Shown: in pieces, positions 48,194-61,700 of the stretch
Numbering within the stretch: position 1 is the first letter of the stretch
How the letters are laid out: every line of letters begins with the position of its first letter
From: a virus
IMG/VR virus record: IMGVR_UViG_3300033151_000166
Location: 11,677 to 75,676 of that record
Direction: 5' to 3' (one strand)
Length of the DNA: 64,000 nt
Notes under the pieces: generated by a model
Told to the model about the DNA's origin: nothing
Seen by the model: the letters and a program-made list of their open reading frames with translations, nothing else
The model's database searches: none
Program-made: the position numbers and the translations under genes

Positions 48194-49206
48194 ATTGACA
48201 CTCCAAATAAATTATCGTCAGTACCACAAGTATCTTCTGGTAACTCAGCTTCATGCGACCCACAGTAAGTTAGATCATCAGCTGAGAATATATCTAGAGT
48301 AGCTACTTGTTTACCTACGTTAGGAAAACCCCAAAACCTAGGTGTATTCTGAAAGCGCTTATGGCAGATTCCATAGGTTTTGTCACAAGCTAAGTACATC
48401 TCTACAGTGTCTATAACTATATCTTTGTCTAGGTAGTTCAAGAACAAATAGACTCTGTCATTCTCTACTCTTGTAACTCTAGATCTGTACTTACCATTTA
48501 ACATTAGTATAGTACCAACCCAATTGTCTATGTCATAGAACGCTTTATTAGGTTTAGCAAAGGCATCAACAAGTTCTAAGTTACCATCGTACCAGTTCTC
48601 GTTACCATCTATGGGTGTAAAGTTAATGACCGTATAGCCTGCACCAAAAGGATCTATAAACTCTAGGTTACCATCATGATACTCTAAGTTACCATCTAGT
48701 ATATCTGCATTAGTACGCTCACCTATGTAAAGATTGTCCCCGCTCTTAGCCATCTTGAAGTATCCTGTAAGACAGTGTACTGTAACATCACTAGCTACTA
48801 TTCTATGTTTCAATGGATCAAGACCACAGTTCTTTGAGTAGACCTGATTTTGACAAGTAGTATCAAGCTTGGGAGTCATAGGTTGTGATAGCTTATAATT
48901 TAGTACACTAGTTACTTCAAACTTAACCAAGTCTTTAGCATCACTAGATACTTTAGTAACATAACCATTTAAGAACAACTTATTGTCTAGATAAACTTTA
49001 ATAGATGTGTCATAGCACAAGTACATAAGTTCTTCTTCTAGAGCATCAATAGCTGCGGTTGTTAAAGAGAAGCTAAGTCTATCTGAGACTATACCTTTCT
49101 TTGAAGTCAGACTACGAACTATGAGTCCCGACATGTACGTTGCGTCTGGGTCTGTTAAGTGATTAGCTATCTTGAAACTATTAGCTACAAGCAGTGTGAT
49201 TAACAT
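48190..49206 (-). CDS. BR0599-family / gpL-like tail tip protein with probable Fe-S Cys ligands
   Basis: CQNQVYSKNCGLD and CDKTYGICHKRFQNTPRFWGFP. Confidence 0.8.
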   Translation of the reverse strand: MLITLLVANSFKIANHLTDPDATYMSGLIVRSLTSKKGIVSDRLSFSLTTAAIDALEEELMYLCYDTSIKVYLDNKLFLNGYVTKVSSDAKDLVKFEVTSVLNYKLSQPMTPKLDTTCQNQVYSKNCGLDPLKHRIVASDVTVHCLTGYFKMAKSGDNLYIGERTNADILDGNLEYHDGNLEFIDPFGAGYTVINFTPIDGNENWYDGNLELVDAFAKPNKAFYDIDNWVGTILMLNGKYRSRVTRVENDRVYLFLNYLDKDIVIDTVEMYLACDKTYGICHKRFQNTPRFWGFPNVGKQVATLDIFSADDLTYCGSHEAELPEDTCGTDDNLFGVSI

Positions 49207-49780
49207 CTGATACTCCTACAACGTACATGTTAGAATACATCAGAGGTTTATAGACTTCCGTAAACTGCAACTTCATTTCGTAGACGGTGTTAGTTTTATG
49301 AATCTCTTTTATAGACTCGCCTAGAAATAAAAGTTTTCTAGGTACAACTGTGTCCGCACGTACAACTACTGGTGTATCAGAAGCTATCTGACTTATTGGT
49401 ATTCTAACACCTATGTCAAGTAGATGATCTGTGCCATCGGTAACATAAGAAACTTCACGGTCCATGAACTGATTGTAGTACTGGTACTCAAAGATATAAG
49501 TAATATAGTAAGTGACTGGTCCTATAGGATTAACTCGCTTACTGATATTAAAACCAGGTCCCACTGGACTTAAGATGTATAAGTCATTAGGTTCTTGTAA
49601 GATTGCCGTTTCTATGGCATTCTTTAACTCGTCAGATACTAGACCAAAGTTAATAGCCCACTTAGTTAAAGGCAAACCTACTCTAGAATTATGAACAGTG
49701 TTATTCACCATTACAGGTTTAAAGCCTGTAACAATATCTAGACTAAGGTCATCATAAAGATACTTGTGTAAGACAGTCAT
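49181..49780 (-). CDS. Distal tail protein (positional call)
   Basis: Directly after the tape measure gene; ends in a LQFTEV motif. Confidence 0.6.
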   Translation of the reverse strand: MTVLHKYLYDDLSLDIVTGFKPVMVNNTVHNSRVGLPLTKWAINFGLVSDELKNAIETAILQEPNDLYILSPVGPGFNISKRVNPIGPVTYYITYIFEYQYYNQFMDREVSYVTDGTDHLLDIGVRIPISQIASDTPVVVRADTVVPRKLLFLGESIKEIHKTNTVYEMKLQFTEVYKPLMYSNMYVVGVSDVNHTACS

Positions 49781-52700
49781 TAGCTATACTCCTCAAATAC
49801 TCTCTTAACACCATCAGCTATCTGGTCCATGTGAGCTTCTATAGAGTCAATGCCTACACTAGCACTAACTCCTATATTCACGTTAATGCCATCGCGGGCA
49901 CTAGATGGTAACCCCGTGGTTACACTCCCTCCACCTTGAACCTCTTGATTAATACCGGCATTTAAGTTCTCGAACCAAGCAAGTCCCTTATCTCTAACGA
50001 TTTCTTTTCTTACCACGTACTCACCAGCTTCTAGCATGTACTGATACTTATCACCACCACCATACTCACCAGGAGCGACTGCTTGCCCAGCTGAAGCATA
50101 ACTAGGTAGAGGAGTAATCGGTCCACCTTTACTTCTGTATCCTGTATTGGTTGCAGTATACGTTGCTGCTTGAATCGTAGCAACCGCTCTATAAGCAGCT
50201 TGTGCTATTTGATTAGCCATGATCTCCATAGTATTACCAACGTAAGCCATGCTGCCTAGGCTATTGATAGCAGCGTAAGAAGAAATCTGTATGCCTTGTG
50301 CCAAGGCTAACATAGCTGGACCAATCTGAGCGGCTTCACCAAGACTAACTGTAACTGCTTTGACACTAGTAGTTAATGAACCAGCACCTACTGATAATGA
50401 CTTAGCAGCTGTTTCAGTCTCTGTACCTACTTTGCTCATCTCAAGCATAGCATCACCAAGAAGCGCAACGTTCTGAACTACTGGTGATAGGTCTGCTTTA
50501 GTATTGCTTCTAACGATCTCTTCTATTGATAGGGTAACAGTTTCTAGTTTAGTTACCATGCCTTTAGTTGCAGTGACTGAGGCGTCAAATGATAGCTTGA
50601 TAGCCTTGTCTATAGACTTCATTTGTTTACTAACTGTAGTCTGAGTATCTGTAAAGATCTTAGTAAACTGACCACCAACATCTGTACCTAGTGTCTGTAC
50701 TGCTTGCTTCATAGCATCACTACTAAGAGCTGCTGAATACATGGCCGCTACGTTCTCTACAATCAAGTTCTGATTAATCTGTAGTTTAGATAGAGAGTCA
50801 TTAAGTTGTGTCTCTAAAGCTGCTTTGTCAATAGCGATCTTAAAGACACCTGCTTCTTTAGCTGCTCTAACATCATCTAACCAAAGGTTTAATCCATCAG
50901 TTACAGTCTTAGTTACATTCACTGCCATGTTATGTAGGTTCTCTTCTAGTTGAACCTTAGCTTGATCAGCTCTAGTATTAGCATCCTCAACTGATCTGGT
51001 GATCTGAGTGTTAAGCTTTTGAACCGCGTCCTCAGCATGTACTAGAAGACCTTTACCCGCTTCGTCATACTGAACAGCCATAGCTGTTAAGTTCTCTTGA
51101 TAAGCTTTGTTACTAGCATCTATAGCATCATTAGTCTTATTGATTAGACTTTCCATAGCTCTGTCAATACTAGTTTCAAGTTTAGCCGTGGCTCTTTCAA
51201 CACTAGTTTCTAAGGCTTGACCAGCACGCTCTGCTTTTGTATCAAGATCCTCAAAACCTTGATCTTTGTTTCTGTTGGCCTCATCTATACCACGTATAAA
51301 GGCTTTACCAGCATCAATAAAAGAATCCTCTAGTTGTTGTTTTAAAGTATCTTTAGAGTCAAGAGCCGCTTGTCTAATGTCTGCAGCTCCATCAAGCATA
51401 GCTGTGTTCCAGTCAGTACGAGCACGAGCATCATTCTCTATAAGCTTAGCTTCCGATCTCTCAATAGAAGTAGTAGCATTGTTTATAAAGTCTTGTGTCT
51501 TAGTAACAAGATCAGCTTGAAGCTGCTCTATCTTGATAGCAAGCTCTTGTCTAGCGTAATCTCTAGAGTCTTCAGCATCATCTGTCTGTCTGTCTTTACT
51601 TAAGTTAAGATCATTGATAGCATTCTGGATACTAACAGCTAAGTCATAAGCAGCATCTTGAATTCTAATTCTTAAGTCTTGACCTGCATAAGCCATCTGT
51701 CTGACTAGATCATCCATAGCATACTGCATGTTAAGTTTCAAGTCTTCACTAGCTCTTCTAGTCTTAGTTGCTAAGTCTTCACCAGCTCTTGCTAGCTTGA
51801 GTTGTAGATCTTCACCAGCTCTTGCTACGCCAGTTGCAAGGTCTTCTTGAGAACGTGTAAGACTAAGTATCAAATCCTCGTTAGCTTGTTTGTTACTAAG
51901 TACAAGATCTTCCATACCACGATTGAATGCGGTTGTAATATCTAATGACCCACGTTGTTGAGCTATGAGTAGATCTTCTAGAGCTCTTTGGAAACCTTCA
52001 TTAGCACTTTCTTGAGAACGTCTTCTAGCTTCTTCAGCATCCTCCTCAGCTTCTTTGGCTTTGATAGCTGCTTCTTGCAGAGCAAAAGAAAGGTTTGAAC
52101 TTGCAGTTGCTAGTGCTGACTGTAGTTGATAACCAGCTTCACGTACTTTGATATCGAACTGAATCATAGTACCTTCAAGATCAAATAGCGCACCTTCCAT
52201 GCCACCTTGAGCCTCTAGTATAACACCAGCAGTTGTGCTAATTCTAACTTCACCTTGACCAGCACCAGCTAAAGCTGCAGCCAGCTCATCAGAAGATAGA
52301 CCAGAACCAATAATAGAACTACTAGTGGTTACACCAGTACTTGGATTTGAAACTTGATCAGCAAAATATTCAGGACTAGTTAACGCTTGTTGTATATCAA
52401 ATCCTGAACCACCGAATGCACGATTAATAGCTTGCTCTAGCATAGTGTCAATTACACTTTCAGAGTTACTATCTATAAAGTTACTATAAGCATCCGTGAA
52501 ATCTTGATTGACTGAGCCATCGTCATTGTATACTTGACCACCAACTTTCTTATAAGCATCTTTATAGGCCTGCTTAGTAATGTCTTCTTGACTCTTGAGT
52601 ATTGCAATCTGTTGTTTCACTGCTGAGGTGTTAGCGATCAGTGCAGCTTTGTTAGCATCAAATGCTAGAGACAAGTCATTAAGATTATCAGATACTTTAA

Positions 52701-55700
52701 GTAGCGCACCTGGATCCATTGTAACAACTTGAGGTCTATCTAGACTTCTATTGAATGCCTCAAGAGCATCTGATCTACCTCGACCTATTGATGCTATGTT
52801 ATCATTATAGCTACGTCTAATCTGATCTAAGTTGTGGCTGTAGCTTCTAAATGATGAAGCTACTTGACGTAGATAACTCTTACTGATATCTGCTAATTTA
52901 TAAGCATAAGACTTATTGATATCTTCAGTTGCGCGCTCATAGTTAGTGTTTAGATCTTCAAGACCTCTAGAAATCTTAACGTTTAGATCTTCGTTACTAC
53001 GAGAAGTATTAATCCCTAGCTTCTCAACACCTCTACTAAATGACGTTGCTATATCTTGTAAGCCACGAGTCTGTCTAGTTGCTATATCTTGTTGACCACG
53101 AATATTTGATAGATCAATGTCCTGTCTTCCTCTGGTACCTGACAGTGCTATGTCTTGTTGGCCTCGTCTTTGTGATAGTGCTATAGAAGCTTGTCCACGC
53201 TCAAAGTCAATATTGATCTTCTCTATGCCACGAGCAAACTGATTATTAATATCGCGGACACCTCTTGCATAAGATAACTGAAGCTTGTCCATGTTTCTTT
53301 GTTGATTCGTTGCTATGTCTTCCATACCACGTTCAAAGCTAATAGCTATCTTATCTAGGTTCCTAGCAAACTGGCGATCTATACTTGCTTCACCACGTAG
53401 TTCACTAATTCTGATATCACGATCACCACGTTTCAAAGCAGTGTCTGCGTCTTCAAGTACATACTTACGTCTAAGGTCAAGATCCTCAAGCCCACGTGCA
53501 AGAGTAAGATCAATCTTAGCTATGGTTCTATCATTTCTAGTTGATAGATCTCTATAAGCTCTGAACTCATTAGTATCAATGTCTCTATTACCACGAACAC
53601 CTTTAGTTTCAATGTCGTCTCTTGTTTGATCGTATCTAATGTTCAAAGACTCAAGCTGTCTAGTATAGCGAGTCATTATATCTTCTTGACCTTGAACAAC
53701 CATAGTTGCTATGTCTTCAAGACCTTGAGTTTTAGACAGTGCTATGTCTTCAAGACCTTGACGTCTAGAAATGCCTATGTCTCTAACACCTTGAGCAAAC
53801 TTGATATCAATGTTCTCTAGTGCAATACCTTGTCTAACACCAACGGCTTTGACTTGATTGTCATAGCCAGTCTTTAAGTCACGTTGTTGTTTAGAAAGAT
53901 TAGTACCAATGTCCTCTAGGCCTCTGGTATAGCCAACACCTATTTGAGTCAGTTGATTACCAAGCTGTGTTTCTATTTGTCTTAGTCCACGAGTCTTAGC
54001 GGCGTCAAACTGGAACTGAAGCTTAGCACCAAAGTTTCCACGTAATTGTTCTGTAGACTGTGAATCCAATGAAGCAAAAGTAGACGCTTGATTGATTAAA
54101 GTATTAGCAGAACCTAAGCTAGCTACTCCCAGTTTATCAACAGCTCTCTGCTTAGATTGTACAAAACGATAAGCACTTGAACCAGACTGTTCTGCTTCAG
54201 CTAGACTTGTGAGTCTATTAGCTGCAGTCATAAACGAGTCTACTTGTGATGCTGACTCTTTGAGTGCTGCCACTAATGCTTGATCAGCTTTGAGTGCAGT
54301 CGGTGTTAAGTTACTGATACCCTGAGTAGATACTGAACCGATAGCTGTAGCTTTAAAAGTACCTGGGTCATCTTTAAAAGCATTGGTAGCTAGGAAGTTA
54401 CCAAGACCTTGAGCAACTGTATGACCAAAGGTCTTGGTTAGCTTCTTAGCTGAGATGCTAGTGATATCAGTACCATAAGTATTAGCTGATGCTCTATAAG
54501 AACTAGTAAGTTCTTTCATAGCTGGGATAAGATCTCTACCAATGTCTAGACCTATCTGAGTGAGCTCAGCTCCTTGTGATACAGTGTTACCAGTAACAAA
54601 ACCTGATACAGCTTTAGATAAACTTCTGAATACCTTAACGGCTTTCTCTTGTGCATCATCTAACTGAACTCTTCCTTGATTAGCTATATCTTGTAACTGA
54701 TTGATACCCCCATACTTCTTAGTTAGAGTAACAAAGTTACTACGTGTGTTCTCTATAGACTTGTCACTAAGAGCATCTTGTTGAGACATACCATCTTGAA
54801 GTAACTTAGCAAGTTGATGAGTACCAACCTGTCTAGCTGCAGTTGGATTAGTAGCATTGAAACCAGCGGTGATAAATCTCTGATCAAAGGCTGCTAGTTG
54901 CTTAGTAGCAAAACTATCATAAGCTCTAGCTTCTCTATTAGAGAATATACTATCAAGATCGCCTGCTGATTCTCTACCAGCATCTAGTCCTTGCTTCAGT
55001 AGCTCTCTATTAGCATCAAAGTTCTTAACAAATAATGCTGGGACACTCTTAGCCATGTCGTTAATAGGTTTAACAACATGTTGAGAAATAGTATTAGTAA
55101 CACCAGTAAGGTTCTTAGCACCTTCTAGCTCACTCTCTAGACCAGTTGCTTCAGTCTCAAGCAAGCTGCCATATACTTTATCACCGACAGTTCCATTAAT
55201 CAACTCTGACTGAGCATCAGCTAAACTAAATTGCATCTTCTGTACTGCTTCAGTAAACGTACCAGTAAATAACTCTTCAGCTTGAACCAGCTTTTCACCA
55301 TCAGACTTGAAAGTATCAATAGTAAATTTGTTACCTCTTAGCTCGTCTTCAGAGTATGAGCTAACTCTATTAGATATAGTACCAAAAGTATCTGTACCTG
55401 TGAAAGACTGCACGACGGCTTGTAAAGTTTCAGTGGCTTTATCTAGCTCGTCAAGACCACCAGTTACTAGTGCTTGCTTAGCACGAACCTCTGTATCAGA
55501 GTCGTCTTTACCTGGTCTGATAGCATAGTTACCAGCACTGTTAACATCAAGACCTGCTTTATAGGTTGCTTCAAGTTCTGTGTTAGATGCTTTAAGTTCA
55601 TTAACACCAACAGCTAATGCTTGGTAAGTACCTTTAGTTGGTGCCTCTTCTTCAAAGAACCCAGCTAGAGTAGCTCCAGCTGTAGCTATACCAACGGCCC

Positions 55701-58700
55701 AACCGACTGGTCCACCGAATAACGAACCAGCTATTGCTCCTGCTGTTAAGCCACTACCAGCTGCACCAACAACGCCACCAGCTTGAGCACTATCAGTTAC
55801 GATACTTGTACCAAGAGCTGCTGCACCCAAGAGACCGTAACGAGCACCTTTAGATAGTGGTGCTTTACCTGCTTTCTCAGCTCTAGCATCAAATCTATCA
55901 GCCATCTTATCAGCTAGTACAAGACCACCTGCCGCTATACCGCCTAAGATAGTTCCAGATAATGCATTGCCTTCAGCTGCAAATAATCCACCAGCTACGG
56001 CTCCACCAGCTACACCTGCTATTCCACCAGCTCTACCTGCTAACTTACCTGCTACACCACCACCTTGAGCAGCTACACCAAGATAAGCTTTAGCTGCTGG
56101 AGCGGCTAGCATTGCTCCAACTGATGCAGTGACTAATGCTTGCATTCCAGAGACACCATTTTCTGGTATCTCACCTACAGTTAAGTCTGAGTCTTTACGT
56201 AGCTTAGACTTGGTTGGGTCTTTCTCTTTAATATCTACAGTTAGAGCATCAAGGACAGTTCTAGTAATACCTGCTGAGTTCTCCATTGTATCATTGACAC
56301 TGATCTGCCAAGAGTTAACCATGTTCTTGAACTTGTTACCGACTGCTTCCATCTGAGTAGCATTAGCTACCTGAGCTGCATTAGTGTCACTGATACTTTG
56401 TCTGAAAGAACCAAACTTATCTATCTGATTACTTAGTGCCAAGAAGATAGACTTCTCTCTTACTTCCATACCTTGTGATGCTGAAGCTAAACCATAACCA
56501 GCATCTCTCATTAGTTTAACTGTACCTTCAAGACCTTCAGTCTGGAAGACCTTCTTAAACTTAGTTAGTGTGATACCAACGTCATCTAGAGACTTAGAAA
56601 ACTTAACTGATGGATTAGCAAAGTCTGAGATAAGAAGACGTTGTCCAGTACCTAGAGTTGAACCACGTTTGATACCAGCGTCTTTAAGTAATGAGGTTGA
56701 TGTAACTAGATCAGTTACTGAAACATTAGCTGAAGCTGCGATGTTACCAGCATATTGTAGTGTGAGTCCCAAAGCATTGATATCTAGCTTAGACTCATTG
56801 ATAGCTGCAGTGAACTGATTAGCAAACTTACTAGAGTCTGTAATCGAGTTATCCCAGATAGTTAGTGCTGAGGTAAGTACCTGAGTAGAGTCTTCTAGTT
56901 TAGAACCAGTAGCTGTTGCTAACTCTACAACACCCTTAAGAGACTTCTGAATATCTGTTGAACCGAAACCAGCTTGACCCAAGATAGTAGACGCATCAGC
57001 AATTTCTAGTGCAGAGAACTTAGTCTCTGTAGACACTTGCTTAACTGAGTCTTTCATTACATTAAGACCTTCAGTAGTCTCACCTGTAATAGCTTGTAAG
57101 TTACCCATTGCATCATCGAAGTCTGCAAAGAAACCGATGGTTGAACCTATAGCACCTTGAACTGCACCGATACCAATGTAAGAGGCTGCGAACAGTGAGT
57201 TTTGTTTAACCATGTCACCGAACTGTCTAGCACGAGCATCAGCGCCTTCTTTGATACCAATAGATCTTCCTACACCAGACTTGAGCTCATCAATACCAGC
57301 TTTTTGTTTACCAAAGTCATTATCAAAGGCTTCATCACCAAGGATTGACGCAGTTGTTCCAAGTACATTGTTAAACTGACGGAGTCTATTAGCAGTCTCA
57401 CCAGTAGGGATCTTACTCTTATCAAACTTAAAGTCTTTAACAGTGTCTTTAAACTTGGCTAGCTTCTGCTCTACATCATCTATACCATCAAGACTACTGA
57501 TATCAAGACCAGTGATCTGTTTAAATAGTTTAGAGTCATCACCTGATAGTCTGTTAAAGCTACGTCTAAGTTTCTCTGATCTAGTATCAGGACCAGCTGC
57601 GGCGGCTCCACCAGGACCGGTCATCACTTGACTCTTCAGGTTATTCTTAAAGGTCTTGTTAGCTTCGCTACCAGAACCAAATAAGTCTTCAGCGTCTAGT
57701 ATGTCCATAGCGTCAATCTTAGCGGCTATAGCTGAGTCAATCTTACCTGCCGTTATGTTCTTGTATTCATCAGTAGTAAAGCCATACTTCTGAGCACTTA
57801 GAACACCTTGATACTTAGCCGCTTTAGTTTGATCATCCAGTTGGTTTAGTAAGTGTGATGCTCCACCGGCATCTAGCTTCTTGCCATTAGCATCAACAAA
57901 GGTACTGAATGAATTCTTATCCATATGTACAGTGAGCTTCTCAGCATCAACACTTAAGTTGTTAATCGAACCACCAGAACCTGGTCCATTAGGTACATTA
58001 ATATTAGTGATACTAACTGGTGGTAAAGGCTTAGTAGCTGAGCTCATGCCTAGTGGACCTGGATCAAAACCTGGACCAAAGATATCTTCAGCAGTGAAAT
58101 AATTAACTGGTCCACCGGTTGAGAACTTACCTATAGTACCATCTTGAACTGCACCTTTAAATCTGTCATAGTCTGCTTGTGTATGGATACCAAGTCTCTC
58201 AGATGTTTTACGATCAACAACAACTTCGCCTTTCGTTAATAGTGCCGGCACTTCGTCTTTGTGACCTTTTCCGGGGATCTTACCGCCAGAATTAAGCATT
58301 GTGAAACTACTCCCAAATGCCTTTCTAAGTTCTTCTAAATCCTGCGTACGAGAATTACCACTGACTTGATCATTATGACGTCTGATATTCTTACCAGCCT
58401 CTGCAACTGATACACCTTTACGTAAACGTCTAGGAGCCAAAGGATTAGTTTTACCACGAGCTCTACTACTAGTACTGTTTTCATAAGTAGCAAAAGACTT
58501 TAGAGCCTCTTGTTTAACTTGTGGTTTGTTCTCAGCGTCTAGTCTAGCTAGGTACTTAGTACGATAGTCCTCATCAGTAAAGAATCTAGACTCTGGTTTA
58601 GTTGTGTACTTTACAGTCGTGTCTCCAGTGAACCGTTTAAACTCAGCATCTTGTTGTTCGATACCTCTGAATCTTAAGTTCTTAAGTATCTCATCTCTAA

Positions 58701-61700
58701 AAGCCACATTAGCAAGGACCTTCTTAGTACTAGTACCTAAGGTATCATTAGAAAGAAACTGATCTTTAAGATCTCTAGCAACTAAAGAGTCTACCTTCAA
58801 AGTGTTAGTACCTTCTAAGAACCCCTCTTGATAAGGTACAAACCCACGACTGACTGCAGTTGTTAGTACTTGGTTTCTTATGTTTCTAGTAGCTGCACTA
58901 TCTAAACGCTCAGACAACTTACCATCAGTGACAACACTGAACAAATCGGCTGCTCTCTTAGTGGTGCTAGTAGGCGACTTAGTCTTAGCACCAAGATCTA
59001 GATCATGTGCAAAAGACTCAAGAGCACCAAGCTGTGCCTCAGCTGACGCATAACGACCTTGCTTAATCAAGTCATTAATGTTACTAGTCATTGAACCAGC
59101 TATACTTGTTACGTTAGCCTTGAACAACTTGTCTCTAGCTGGACTCTTAAATTGTTTAGCTGTCATAGTACCACTGTTATAATCAACTGTTGCTTTAGCA
59201 TCAAGGAAATCAGCAAGTGATTTATTCAATGAAAGACCTACAGCTTTAAGTCTACCTGGTCCAACGTTAGCTAGATGACTAGATCTAGCATCTAGACCTT
59301 TAGCACCAAGTAAGTCATTGTCAGCTAAGAACCTAGCTGCAGCATTCTTATTGTGAGTCGTAGCATTACCTGATTCAATACGTTTTATAGTCTGAGCTCT
59401 AGTTTGATTAATCTGTGGTCTGACTCTAAGACTGTTACTAGCAGTGTGATCTTTAAGAATTGAAGTGATTACTTCATTAGGGTCTAGCGCTCTGTTAAGT
59501 ACTGGACCGGCTTGACTTGTAGTAGTACCAAGAGTATACTGATCTATAGTTCCTAGAGCAGCTAGATCAAAGTTAGTCAATATATTTGTATTCTTGTAAT
59601 AGTCAGTTAGTTGACTGTATAGTGCTGGGTCTGTATGAATACTGTTAGTAGGATTAAGAGCTGTCAAAATCTTGTTTCTAATAGCAGTTGTGTTAGGTGA
59701 GTTAACTAGTCTAAAGGTAGAAGACTCAGACCCACGATACGCTTGCATCAACTTAGAATAGTCTGCATGATTGTCATCTAAGAACTGAACTAGACCAGTG
59801 TTATTTAACTTCTTACCACTACTAGTAATATCTGTAAAGTCACTAGAGGTAGTATTAGACATGTTATTAATCATGTATGGAGTCAACTTAGTATATACGT
59901 TCTGTGGATTATTTTTAAAGTCTAGCTCATTCTCTAACATAGTACTGTACAGTGTCTTAAGACGTGTACGAATAGACCCAGGATTAGATACTCCTGACTT
60001 CTTGTGCTCAAAGATACTTAACATTTTAACAGCTTTAGATATGTCTTGAGGAGTAGGATTATCTCTAAAAGAGTCTATCAAACCTTTAACATCGCCAGTG
60101 GTACTGTTATACTTTAAAGCTAGAGCATTTTCATTAGCTGCTTGTTGGTACAGTTGTTTATCTGTAGGTGCTATGTAATGCTCGTCTCGCTCTAGAGATA
60201 CCTTACTGTTGTCTTTAAGTTCCTTATAGCGATCGTTAATTCTATCTGCTTGCTTAGCATTTATATCGCCGTCTTGTAAAGGTCCTACAGAGTAATCAAT
60301 ATCTGGTGAATCAATTAGCGCTGACAACTTCTCTGCATGAATAGGTTCACCGTCTTTACCAAAACCAATAATATTATCCATGACTCTACGACCGGTATAG
60401 TCTCGCTTGTCTGTAATAGTTTCATAAGCGCTTCTCGGTACACGCTTTCTGAGGTTCTTACCAACGCCGTTAACAAAGTCAAAGTGTGACATACCTTGCT
60501 TAATACTACCTCTCTGGTTCTCTGGTAATAATTCAGCCATAGCTAGTATCTGACTACCTAGAGGTTTAGTCTTTCCACCATAAGCATCTTTAAGTACCTC
60601 ACGTTTCATAGCACTAATAAGTTTTGAATTAAGAGTACCTTCTAAGTTAACTAATGGATTGTCTAAAGACTTCTCTAACAGTCCATAGTTCTCAAAAAAT
60701 CTAGGATTGTTTTCATTCTGTAGCAGTAGTCTAGCCAGCTTGTTTGGATTAGAATTTAGCTCTTTTCTAAAGAGTTCCTTATTAGGGAAGCTTCTCTTAC
60801 CACGTAGCTCAGTAGTACTGACTAGAGTATCTTCCATAGCGTTGATCACAGAGTATGCTTGACTAGGATCCATTCTACGAAGATCAGTAGCATAAAGTTC
60901 ACTAGTAACATCATAAGCTTCAGTACCTACCTTCTTACCTTGCTTGTTAAACATGTCACGAGTTCTCAGACCAACACCAAGACGCTTAGCAGTGTTAACG
61001 ATGTTCTTATGTCTGTTAGCTAGCTCGCCATACTCAGCATGCTTTAAAGAAGTACTGAAAGTATCAACAGCGTCTACGATACTATTCTTATCAGCTCTAG
61101 GTAAAAGAGTGTCTAGTGTAGCACCATTCATCTTAGTGTATTTTTGTAAAGCACCATACTTAACTTGACTGTCTTTAAGACCATAGCTATAAGCTACCAT
61201 GTCATCATAGGTTAAAGTACCCATGTCAGTAAGTGGTCTACCAGTGTTTGCAGTGCTGATAGCTACCTTACTTACCTCGTATAGTTGATCTAAAGCTTGA
61301 GCTTCTAAAAGCTTCTGCTTACTTTGATAAGCTAAGTCACTAGACATAGCGTCCATAGGTTTGCTAGCTCTATCTGCTGCTGCTGCTGCAAAAGTACTAT
61401 AAGCTTTCTTATACTGCCCTGAAACATTTATACGTCTACCGTCAACACTGATAGTGTCCTCGCCTTTAACAAAACCACGCTTGTAACCTTTAGGAGTTAC
61501 AGCGACAACTTGATTCACGCCTCTTAAGTTAGCGTCCTTAGTATTGAACAAGGCTTTTAAAGATGCTGTTGTTTTAGCCATAGCATTATCAGAAACATAA
61601 CGATCACTGAATAGATATGCTTTGCCATCTAAGACCATTACATCTTGACCAATTGACAGTGTAGGGTCTATGTGATCATTCTTAAGTCGCTTCAAACCTG

